This document shows positions 1 through 11,251 of a stretch of 18,753 nt of DNA, piece by piece; position 1 is the first letter of the stretch; every line of letters starts with the position of its first letter. The notes beneath the pieces are model-generated. The model was not told where the DNA came from. It saw only the letters and a list, made by a program, of their open reading frames with translations, and ran no database searches. Source of the stretch: Piromyces finnis finn (Eukaryota > Fungi > Neocallimastigomycota); the NCBI GenBank assembly GCA_002104945.1, contig MCFH01000192.1, positions 1 to 18,753 on the forward strand. Reading direction: 5' to 3'. The position numbers and the translations under genes were made by a program.

Positions 1-2115
1 ATAATATTAGCAATATTGAATTTAGTCCTTCTAGTGATAAAATTGTTTGTATTATAACAACAACAATAATAATATAAATATATTTTTAATTTTTTTTTAT
101 CTCTAAATTAATGCTAATACATTACTTTTTTTTTTAAAAAAATAAAATCAATTTATTTGTATGAAAGGCCTATGTTAAAAATAATAATATGTATTATTTG
201 AATTTAAAAACTGGAAAATCTGTTCAAATTACAAATGATGGATCTAAAAATATTTTTAATGGTATTTCTGATTGGGTTTATGAAGGTAAAATTAACAAAC
301 AAAAAATAGTATTAATATTTTAAGAAAAATTAAAGAATCATTAAAGATAGTTTTTAAGTAATAATTTAAGTATAATTAAATTAAATAATAAATTAATAAA
401 TTTATAAATTTTAATTAATTGTGAAAAATAGAGGAAGTATTAATGTCAAGTAAAGCCTTTTGGTAATATAATCTTTATAATTTTAATAATATTATAAAAC
501 TATATAATTTAATTACATTTTTCATTAAATAAATGTTTTTTATTATTATTATTATTATTATAAATATAGGTGGTCACCAGATGGAAAATATCTTGGTTTT
601 ATTAAATTTAATGATACTAATGTTCCTGAATATGAAATACCTGTTTATCTTGATAATAATCTTGACGGAATTTCATATAATGCTTGGAAATCAATAAAAT
701 ATCCAAAGGTATTGCTGTAATATTATTTTGTGTTAATATCATAAACAATGACATATACATATTAAATATCTATAAATCTATAAATTTTTAAAATATAGCC
801 CGGTTTTCCAAACCCAGATGTAAATTATATATATATGATACCACTAAAGAAACTCGTAAAAAAAATAATTTAAAAAAAGTAGTTTATGAAAAAGATTATG
901 AATTCCAACCGGATAATCTAGTTATTTTACAAGTATTATGGGCAACAGAAGATAGTAAAAATCTTTTAATTCGTACGTCAAATCGTGTTCAAGATACTGC
1001 TAGACTTTTTTCAGTAAATATACCTCATGAAATTGAAACAGAAAGTGATATTACAAAAGAAAAAGGAACTTTTATTGCAACTTTCTTAAAGGAAGATGAT
1101 CATGATGATGATGGATGGTTAACTAGAGTAATTATATATTGATTATGATAACTAATCTATTATTAATACTATTATTCTTATTATTTTTACTAATATTATC
1201 TATATAATTAAATGAATATTTTTATTTACTATTATAATTGTATAATTTATAAGACCGAATCAATATATTTTGTTCCACCAAATGGATATATTGAAATTAT
1301 GGAAGACAAAAATGGCTATGAACATATTAATTATTATCCTGACATATATGATGAAAAAATCCATGTTTTTAACATCTGGAGAATGGGAAGTAGATAGTAT
1401 ATCTGGAATTGATAAAAATTAAAATAATGTAAGGCATACTTAATAGTAATAGTAATGATTATTTATCAAAATTTTTATTAAAATTATTAAATCATTATGT
1501 ATTATTATATCTTAATTTATAGTTATTATATTAGTACCGAAGAAGGATCAATGCAAAAGCATCTTTACAAGAAAATTATAAATTTAAATATTATTTGCTA
1601 TAAAATTGTTAAACGTTCGAAAATATCAATAAATATATATATATTAATAACAATAAATTATTATTATTATTATAATTACGTTATTATATAGAGTAAATTT
1701 AAATGGTCAAAGAAATATAAAGATGACACCTCCAGTTTCGAAATAGAAGAAACAAAAGGAAATAATTAACTCATTTGGCGAAAACTTATCTGAAACTGGT
1801 GTATTTAGTGCCTCCTTTTCACCAGGTTTCAATTTTTATCTTTTGAATTATGATGGTCCAAATATTCCATATCAAAAAATCTTATCAACTCAAGATTGTA
1901 AGTTTGATAAAGAATTAAAGTATAATTATTATGAAAATAAAATAGAATTATTGGATTTCTATTTCTATCAAACTAAAAGAAAAAATTAAATTATATATAA
2001 AATAGCTTATGATGTTTTCATATTGATTTATCCAATAATGAATTATTAGAAAAAGCATTATCAAATTATGATATTCCAAAATTCCATAGATTTGAAATCC
2101 CAATAAATGATTATA
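1..2115 (+). CDS. Partial inverted copy of the DPP-IV family peptidase (beta-propeller exons only; lacks the 5' end within the window and the catalytic domain)
   Basis: Exons: <1-44, 168-285, 432-462, 570-708, 799-1127, 1254-1428, 1523-1570, 1692-1897, 2006-2115. Translation includes FNGISDWVYEEEV (DPP-IV Glu-Glu motif), WWSPDGKYLGFIKFNDTNVPEY, KYPKPGFPNP, NRVQD, LTSGEWEV and FSASFSP..FYLLNYDGPNIP. There are several 1-nt frameshifts, and the donor at 1571 lacks its T. Confidence 0.9.
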
Positions 2116-4573
2116 GTAAGTCTAATAAATTTAATTGTTTTAATATTCTTTTAAAAAAAAAAGAGAGAGGAGACATATTATTAATATTTATACAAAAAAT
2201 CATTTTAAATTTTTTTTTTTAAAAAACTTACGGATGAAAAAAACTGGATATTTTTTTAGGTGAATTTTCATCAAAATCAGGTGGATAAATAGCAAGTGCA
2301 TTAACCGCTGTTTTTTTTGTTTTTTTTTTTTTTAAAAAAAAAAAAAATTTAAAATGATTTTTTGTATTAAATATTAATAATTAATGTCTCTCTCTCTCTT
2401 TTTTTTTAAAAAGAAATATTAAAACAATTAAATTTATTAGACTTACTATAATCATTTATTGGATTTCAAATCTATGGAATTTTGGAATATCATAATTTGA
2501 TAATGCTTTTTCTAATAATTCATTATTGGATAAATCAATATGAAAATCATCATAAGCTATTTTATATATAAATTTTAATTTTTTCTTTTAGTTTGATTAG
2601 AAATAGAAATCCAATAATTCTATTTTATTTTCATAATAATTATACTTTAATTCTTTATCAAAACTTACAATCTTGAGTTGATAAGATTTTTTGATATGGA
2701 ATATTTGGACCATCATAATTCAAAAGATAAAAATTGAAACCTGGTGAAAAAGGAGGCACTAAATACACCAGTTTCAGATAAGTTTTTCGCCAAATGAGTT
2801 AATTATTTCCTTTGTTCTTCTATTTCTGAAACTGGAGGTGTCATCTTTATATTTCTTTGACCCATTTAAATTTACTCTATATAATAACGTAATTATAATT
2901 AATAATAATAATTTATTGTTATTAATATATATATATTTATTGATATTTTTCGAACGTTTAACAATTTTATAGCAAATAATATTTAAATTTATAATTTTAC
3001 TTGTAAAGATGCTTTTGCATTGATCCTTCTTCGGTACTAATATAATAACTATAAATTAAGATATAATAATACATAATGATTTAATAATTTTAATAAAAAT
3101 TTTGATAAATAATCATTACTATTACTATTAAGTATGCCTTACATTATTTTATTATTTTTATCAATTCCAGATATACTATCTACTTCCCATTCTCCAGATG
3201 TTAAAAAACATGGATTTTTCATCATATATGTCAGGATAATAATTAATATGTTCATAGCCATTTTTGTCTTCCATAATTTCAATATATCCATTTGGTGGAA
3301 CAAAATATATTGATTCGGTCTTATAAATTATACAATTATAATAGTAAATAAAAATATTCATTTAATTATATAGATAATATTAGTAAAAATAATAAGAATA
3401 ATAGTATTAATAATAGATTAGTTATCATAATCAATATATAATTACTCTAGTTACCATCCATCATCATCATGATCATCTTCCTTTAAGAAAGTTGCAATAA
3501 AAGTTCCTTTTTCTTTTGTAATATCACTTTCTGTTTCAATTTCATGAGGTATATTTACTGAAAAAAGTCTAGCAGTATCTTGAACACGATTTGACGTACG
3601 AATTAAAAGATTTTTACTATCTTCTGTTGCCCATAATACTTGTAAAATAACTAGATTATCCGGTTGGAATTCATAATCTTTTTCATAAACTACTTTTTTT
3701 TAAATTATTTTTTTTTACGAGTTTCTTTAGTGGTATCATATATATATACATTACATCTGGGTTTGGAAAACCGGGCTATATTTTAAAAATTTATAGATTT
3801 ATAGATATTTAATATGTATATGTCATTGTTTATGATATTAACACAAAAAATATTACAGCAATACCTTTGGATATTTTATTGATTTCCAAGCATTATATGA
3901 AATTCCGTCAAGATTATTATCAAGATAAACAGGTATTTCATATTCAGGAACATTAGTATCATTAAATTTAATAAACCAAGATATTTTCCATCTGGTGACC
4001 ACCTATATTTATAATAATAATAATAATAATAAAAACATTTATATTAATGAAAAATGTAATTAATTATATAGTTTTATTAATATTATTAAAATTATAAAGA
4101 TTATATTACCAAAAGGCTTTACTTGACATTAATACTTCCTCTATTTTTTCACAATTAATTAAAATTTATAAATTTATTAATTTATTATTTAATTTAATTA
4201 TACTTAAATTATTACTTAAAAACTATCTTTAATGATTCTTTAATTTTTTTCTTAAAATATTAATACTATTTTTTGTTTGTTAATTTTACCTTCATAAACC
4301 CAATCAGAAATACCATTAAAAATATTTTTAGATCCATCATTTGTAATTTGAACAGATTTTCCAGTTTTTAAATTCAAATAATACATATTATTATTTTTAA
4401 CATAGGCCTTTCATACAAATAAATTGATTTTATTTTTTTAAAAAAAAAAGTAATGTATTAGCATTAATTTAGAGATAAAAAAAAATTAAAAATATATTTA
4501 TATTATTATTGTTGTTGTTATAATACAAACAATTTTATCACTAGAAGACTAAATTCAATATTGCTAATATTAT
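1..4573. repeat. Giant near-perfect inverted repeat (fold-back palindrome): left arm 1-2226, spacer 2227-2327, right arm 2328-4573
   Basis: Base 1 onward (ataatattagcaatattgaatttagtc) is the reverse complement of the sequence ending at 4573 (gactaaattcaatattgctaatattat). Exons and introns match throughout, including the twin ORFs 1212..1397(+) and 3176..3361(-). The left arm runs to the window edge, so the repeat may be longer. Confidence 0.98.
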
Positions 4574-5777
4574 TAAGTTCGTTTTTAAAATTAAATATTT
4601 TTTTGCTTTACAATCAAAGACAACATAATTTTGAATTTTAGAATGACGAAATACCTAAAATAATAAAGAAAAGAAATAATAGGGAATAAAATTTTTATAT
4701 TAACATACTATTGTAATTTAAAAATATTTATTTGTAAAACTTACTGTTTTTGAGAATGTAGGAATAATTAAATAGTGTGTATCTTTGGATAATTCAAAAC
4801 CAAATTTATTTTATTATTTCCCTTAATATATTAATATTTATGATATAAAATTATTAATGAAAAAAAATTTTTTTTATATGTATATTGATATTAATTTGTT
4901 GCAATATATATATATATTATTATTATTGAAATTTACTTTCATCAAATCCTGCATTGATGCTACAATTTTTACTTCTTTTTGATATTATATTAAAAAGTTC
5001 TATATCTCCTTTTTGACTAACTTGAATTACTGTACCATCTTCACCTATAATATTTGAATTTTTTTAAAAGATATATATATTTGATATTAATTTTTTCTTT
5101 TTAATTGATTTTTTAAATTCCATTTCAGCACTTTTTTTTTAAAAAAATATTTTTTAGAATATTTATATATGCTTATAAAATAAACATTTACCTGAATCAA
5201 ACCAATATACTGGATTTTTTGAGGACGAAGTTTAAATACATCCTTCATTTCAATTCTTTGTTTCCTGATAAAATTGGTCCTGGCGTTTTTCCTTTATCTA
5301 AAAATACTTTTTTTTTTAAAAAAAATGAATTATAAAATATGAATTTTCATTAACTTTTTATTCATCTTAAATAATTGGCTCTTTTTTTTATTTTATTTTT
5401 AAAATAAAGCATTTTATTAAATAGTTATAATATTTACAACCAATTACTATTATCGTAAATATGGATAGTAAACCAGTGAGTGCATATATTTTAATTTTAT
5501 TTCCTGTTTTCTTGAAAGGTGGTTGCATTACATATCCAGCTCCATTTTCCTTCAATAAGTAATATGTATGTATATTATAAGTGAAATTATTGAAAAGAAA
5601 GAAAGGTGGAATTATATATATTAATATTTATAATAATTTTACTTCGTCTTCCTCTTCTTCATCTGTTGTTATTTATAAATAACTCAGTATCATCATCCAT
5701 TCGATAATAGTCTCATTTTCAGCATCATTATTCTCTAAAAAATCATTTATACTTTCTGTAATATTATCTTCATTCAT
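2232..5777 (-). CDS. dpp4: Dipeptidyl peptidase IV family (S9B; Dap2/Ste13/DapB-like type II membrane protein), 15 exons, truncated at the start of the catalytic domain
   Basis: ATG at 5777 (MNEDNITESIND..., acidic cytoplasmic tail). Exons: 5777-5643; 5549-5438 (signal anchor IKIYALTGLLSIFTIIVIG); 5297-5192; 5044-4937; 4821-4745; 4654-4531 (VFRHSKIQNYVVFD); then the mirror of the plus-arm exons to 2556-2447; and a last exon 2307-2232 (VNALAIYPPDFDENSPKK[YPV]FHP). All introns are GT-AG. The expected YGGP and GWSYGG motifs are absent. The symbol indicates the family only; the orthologue is not resolved. Confidence 0.92.
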
Positions 5778-6311
5778 ATTTTTAAGTGAAATGTAATTTG
5801 AAATGTTGAAAAAATCCAGTTACAAGTGTAATTGTTGAATTTAAAAAAGAAATAGTTAAAATTTTTATTTACAATAATAATATAAAGTTTTCTTATAGTT
5901 GTTATTATTTTATATTGTTCCTTTTTTTTTCTTTTCTTTTATTACTATTATTAGAATAATTTGAAATTAATGATTTTAATATTTTAAATTTGATATTATG
6001 GAATAGCAAAATAATAAAACTATGCTATGGTAGTAGTTTTTAATAGAAAGATATGTTATAAAACATTCAAAATGTACTCTTTTTAATAAATATCTTAAGT
6101 TTTTTTTTGTTTTTTTCTAAAAGATAACAACAACAATAGGTGGTGCGTCTTTTAGATTTTTTTTTTTAAAATGGAAGAGCGGTAATATTTTTTAATTTCA
6201 TTTTTAATATATAAAAATTAAGTTAATTATTAAAAATAAATTAAAAAAATTATTATATAAAATAAATGAATAAATCCAATAATAATTAAATAAATTATTA
6301 TTTTTTTAATG

Positions 6312-6351
6312 ATTGAGAACCTTTTTATTCTATTTTAAAAAGGTTCTCAAT
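6312..6351. repeat. Perfect 16-bp inverted repeat with an 8-nt loop
   Basis: attgagaaccttttta (6312-6327), loop ttctattt, taaaaaggttctcaat (6336-6351). Confidence 0.9.
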
Positions 6352-6396
6352 AATGATAGAAAAGACAAAATAATATAAAGTATTATTCAAAGAGAG

Positions 6397-6400
<4 letters not shown>

Positions 6401-6428
<28 letters not shown>
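6401..6428. repeat. (TA)14 microsatellite
   Basis: Read directly from the sequence. Confidence 0.95.
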
Positions 6429-6431
<3 letters not shown>

Positions 6432-7782
6432 ATTTTATTCGATAAATCAATTTCTATATTTTATATTTTATACATTCTTTTATATATAAATGTATTAAAT
6501 AATATATAAATAATAGGATATGCAATGAATTACTTTTCACTGAATAAGGATTATGGTTAAGTAACACATTTTATTTTTGAATTTCATGTTAAGAAAAACC
6601 TTTCATTCCTTTAATATTCATTTATTTAATATTCAATGAAAAGTCTTATTTATTTATTTATTTATTTATTTGTTGTCTTATTATATATAAATGGAACGAA
6701 ATATGTAATAATATTAACCTTAATATTAAAGAATATATATTAATGTATTAGAAAAAGGTACATTATTCAATAGTAAATGTAAGAAAAAAGCTTTGAATTA
6801 TTATTGATTAAACTATTTCTATAATATAATATAATTTTAAGTTTTATAATAATTATATTATGATTGTTTTACTATCAAATTATGTAACAGTAAGCTTTTT
6901 TTTTTTTTTTTTTTCATTGTATAGCATTTATATAGATTTAGAATTAAGAACAAAATATAAAGTTTTTTCTTTTTTTTTTTTTAAACTTTTTTACGCAGAA
7001 AATTTTTAAATTTTAATTTATGTGGAATGGCTCCAAAAGTAACTTTAAACGATAAAGTTCTTTTTATTCTTTATGGTGCTTAAAAGAAATTAATAGTAAT
7101 TTTTATTTTTATAGGCATTAACCTTTTATCTTTATTCCAATTTATAAATATACATAAGAAAGAAAAAAGTGAAAAAAAAAAAATGAATATATTCATCCTA
7201 TATCTCCTAAATGGATAGGAATTTTTCTGCATCTACATTAAATTCGAAAAAATTTAATAGTAAAATCAAAAAAAAAAAAAAAAAGAAATATTAATGATGT
7301 GGTAATGCTTATTTGTTTTCATATTATTTTACAATTCAATGATTGTCTTTTCATCTAATATTTATTAGAAAAACTAAAAAAAAAGAGTATATATATTTTA
7401 TTACTATTTTTATTTTGCCATTAGTATTGAATTAAAATAAATAATCATAAACATTTTTATTTATTTATTTATTTATTATAAAGGAATAGTAATTCTTTAT
7501 AGACATATTCGTTATTACTTTTATAATTACAAAATATTTTTATTTCCCTAATGAACTCTACCACACTTTTCTTTTTTTCTTATTACATTTTACAAAGTAT
7601 GAAAAAAGTTTATTAAATAATAAAAAATTTAATTAAAATCTATTTGTTATAAAAAATTAAAAAAAATTTTTTTATTTTAAAAAAGAAAAAAAATTTTTAT
7701 TTGATTTCTGCGCTTCAATAAAAAATATTTATAAATAAAGAGGTCAAAGCACTTTTTTAGAAAAAAAGGAAAAAAAAAAAGG

Positions 7783-7806
7783 GAAGAAGAAGAAGAAGAA
7801 GAAGAA
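7783..7806 (+). repeat. (GAA)8 microsatellite upstream of ash2
   Basis: Read directly from the sequence. Confidence 0.9.
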
Positions 7807-8142
7807 TAGTAGTATATATATACAAAGTAAATATACTAAACTTTTTTTTTTAAATATAAAATAAAAAAAAAGAAAAGAAATTTTATAAAAATATTATTAT
7901 ATAATAAATAAAACATTAATAATAAATAAATAAATCTATTTTTTAATTTAATCAAATAGTATTAATATATATTCTTTTTTCTGAAATAAAAAGAAATTAT
8001 ATTATATTACTGAAATATATATATTTGAGGCAATATTATTTAACTTATCGAATAAAAATATATCAGGAGTCACAAAAAAGGGATTTGAAGTAATCAAGAT
8101 TTTATATTTTTTTTTATTTAATTTAGAAATTTGTTATTCAAT

Positions 8143-8688
8143 ATGAGTTTACCTTACAATGCAAAGACATTACACTGGAATCAATTTCATACAACAAACA
8201 AAGAAAATAAATATTGTTATTGTGGAAAGAATAGAACATTAACAGAACTTAATTTACAATGTATGGAATGTAAGAATTGGTTTCACGAACATTGTTTGAA
8301 AAATAAAAATTTTAATCTCAAAAAAAAGTGTATTACCATTCATCACAAACTATCGTTTTCGTTTGTAGTTTATGTGCTCGTGAGGAAAGTTTTTCAAGAG
8401 TTACTTCATCATGGAAAGATGCTATTAATACTGCTTTTGCAAATCTAACAGTAAATCGTATGAAAAAGGAAGGTAAAATTAATGCAAATGGGAGAAGGAA
8501 ATCCAATAATACCAAATAATTATTGGTTCAATAAAAAAGATGGTATTTGCCCATTCTTGGATAATCATTGGGAAAAGTTATGTACAAATAGGTAAGGAAT
8601 GGAAAAAAAGAGAAAGATGAAATTTTAAAAATCTAGGTTTTATAAAAAAAATTTTTTTTTAATAAATATAATGAATAACAATAATAAA

Positions 8689-8761
<73 letters not shown>

Positions 8762-8768
8762 TAATAAT

Positions 8769-8800
<32 letters not shown>

Positions 8801-11220
8801 ATTAATAATAATAATAATAATATAATAATTAATATAATTAATAATAATAATATTGTTTGATATTAATCAGTTTTATAAATAAATACTATATACTATATTT
8901 TTATTTAAAACAAAAACAACAACATATTATTATTTGATAAAATAATAAAATTGAAAATAAATATGTTGTATACCATATAAATTTTTTTTATAAAAAAAAA
9001 AAAGAGCTCGTACTCCAACTTGGTGGGCAACTGTAAGTATATGATGGATAAAAAAGTCTAATAATAAATTTTCTTTTTTTTTTTTAGTAAAGCATATTTA
9101 TTTATTCGATGTTAATTACTAATAAACATTAATATATAATATATAGGTTGGAAGTAGTATGTATTCCTCAAAGGATCAATATATAGCAAAGGATGAAGAT
9201 AATAGAAGTGCTTCTTCTGATTTCACATTAACTAATAAAAATTTATTTAATCTTAGACCAGCACTTACAGTATCTGTAAGTGTTCATATTCTTTTTTTTT
9301 TTTTTTAATAAAATATTAAAATAATTATATATATATATTTGTTAAAATACTCATTTATTATATATTTTTTAATATAATTAATTTGTATTTGTACATATAT
9401 GAATGAACTGTGAACTTTATTGAAATTATAATATTTAATTACATTGAAACAAATAATCAAAAATTTTCAATTAATAATGGATAAAAAAATTATATTTATG
9501 CTTATTCATGATAAAAAAAAAAAAAAAAAAAAAAGCAGAGTCAAAGTCAACCACAAAAGAAAAATAAAGTTCAGAAAAAGACTACACGTTCACAATCTCC
9601 TACTTATGCACCATTATTTTACCTGAAGATACATTATCTTCAATTGTTAGATGGAATTTTAACCACAGATACAATGACAGAACATCCATATAATAGAAAT
9701 GGTTTTAAATACGATTGGATTGAGGAAGATCCATTGTTAAAGCATATTCATTTCAGAAAAAAAAATGTATTAAATTCTCAGGGACCAGGTGTTTTCTTAA
9801 GTAGATTAGATCGTGATCCTGGTATTACCTTAAAAGAAGACGGTTTAACCGCTACCACCGATAAAGGCTTCCGTACAGTTCGTGCCAATTTTGGTGTTTA
9901 AGGAAGGCAATTGGTATTTTTGAAGTCAATATTAATAAAGGTGGTGAAAAGGATGTAATAAATGGACCAAATGTTAGAATTGGTTGACTAGAAGAGAAGG
10001 TATATTTTAAATATCAACATTATAATAATAAGTATTAAGGAAAAAAAAATAATAATTTAAAATAAAAATTATCATTCCATATAGAATTATAAAATAATAA
10101 TACTTTTTTCATTTTGAATTATATATATATATACTAAATCTATTAATATTTTTTCAATTAAATCAATAAAAAAAAAAATTAATTTATTAATTATTATTCA
10201 ATATTAAAAAAAAAAAAAAAAGCTACATTATACGGACCAGTTGGTTATGATTCTTATGGATATGGATATAGAGATAGAAATGGTGATAAATTACATGAAT
10301 CACTATCTGTGCCTTATGGAGAATCCTTTGGCAGTAATGATGTTATTGGTTGTTATATATCTTTACCAAAAATGAAATTTCCTAAAAAACCTAGTAAAGA
10401 ATTAATTAAAAGTCAAAATACAAAAATTAACTAGAAAAGAAGAAGATCGTTTAATACATACCCAATTAAAAACCAAGTGATCTTATTGACGACCTTTCCT
10501 TAGTTTCCAGTTGAATCACATTCTATTATTAATAATGTAAGAAAAAGAACAGTCATTACGTTTAAACAAAGACTCTATGCTGAATCAATGGATTATTTAC
10601 CAATTAATTCACCTGGTTTACTTTCCTATTTAGATATCAAGTTTAATAAATCAAGTAAATAAATTTATTATCATTATCATCATCATAATTATAAATATTT
10701 AAAATGAAAATTATTAATATTGCAAAATTTTCAGCAATACAAATATAATAACTATCTAAACAATTATAATATTAAATTTATTTTATTAAATTTTATTTTT
10801 TATTTTATTTTATTTTATTTTAATATATATTTTTGAAATTGTTGTTACCTTTTAATAGATGACGACGATTCAAGTGAAAAAAATAATAAAATCAAAACAT
10901 ATGTTAATTAATCCAGGTTCAAGTATCTCATTTTATAAAAATGGTGTTAATCAAGGTACTGCTTTTGAAGATATTCCATTACATATACCTGCTGCAGTAT
11001 CATTACCTCTTGAAAGAAGAAAGTTAACCCTTGGAAATTATCAAAGACCACCAACGTTAGGTAATTATATATACAATGAATATAATAAATCTCTAAAAAA
11101 AATGATAGATTTAAAAATATATATATATATATAATTTGGATGAATATATTGATTATTCCTATTAATATATATTATATTATTATTATTTTCTATAAATATA
11201 AATAATATTCAAAAATAATA

Positions 11221-11251
<31 letters not shown>

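Noticed and set aside
1212-1691. ORFs 1212..1397, 1497..1691 and 3176..3361 as small novel proteins
   Set aside because: Each is a DPP-IV exon read together with flanking intron sequence; the twin ORFs exist only because of the palindrome.
2227-2327. Spacer as an unremoved sequencing hairpin adapter
   Set aside because: It translates as the next DPP-IV exon with proper splice sites, and I see no adapter-like sequence. The nearby (TC)n/(GA)n is intronic and present in both arms.
1-4573. Inverted repeat as the termini of a transposon (foldback element or MITE)
   Set aside because: The arms are ordinary host exons and introns, with no transposase, target-site duplication or element-like ends.
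5778-8142. tRNA, snoRNA or CRISPR-like array in the long intergenic region
   Set aside because: No cloverleaf, paired C/D boxes or repeat-spacer pattern was found; short stems near 7022-7060 and 7183-7220 are expected by chance at this AT content.
9985-9987. In-frame TGA in ash2 as Trp or selenocysteine recoding
   Set aside because: Read-through gives the wrong downstream frame. Restoring one missing g gives the conserved RIGWTRRE|A and the correct intron phase.
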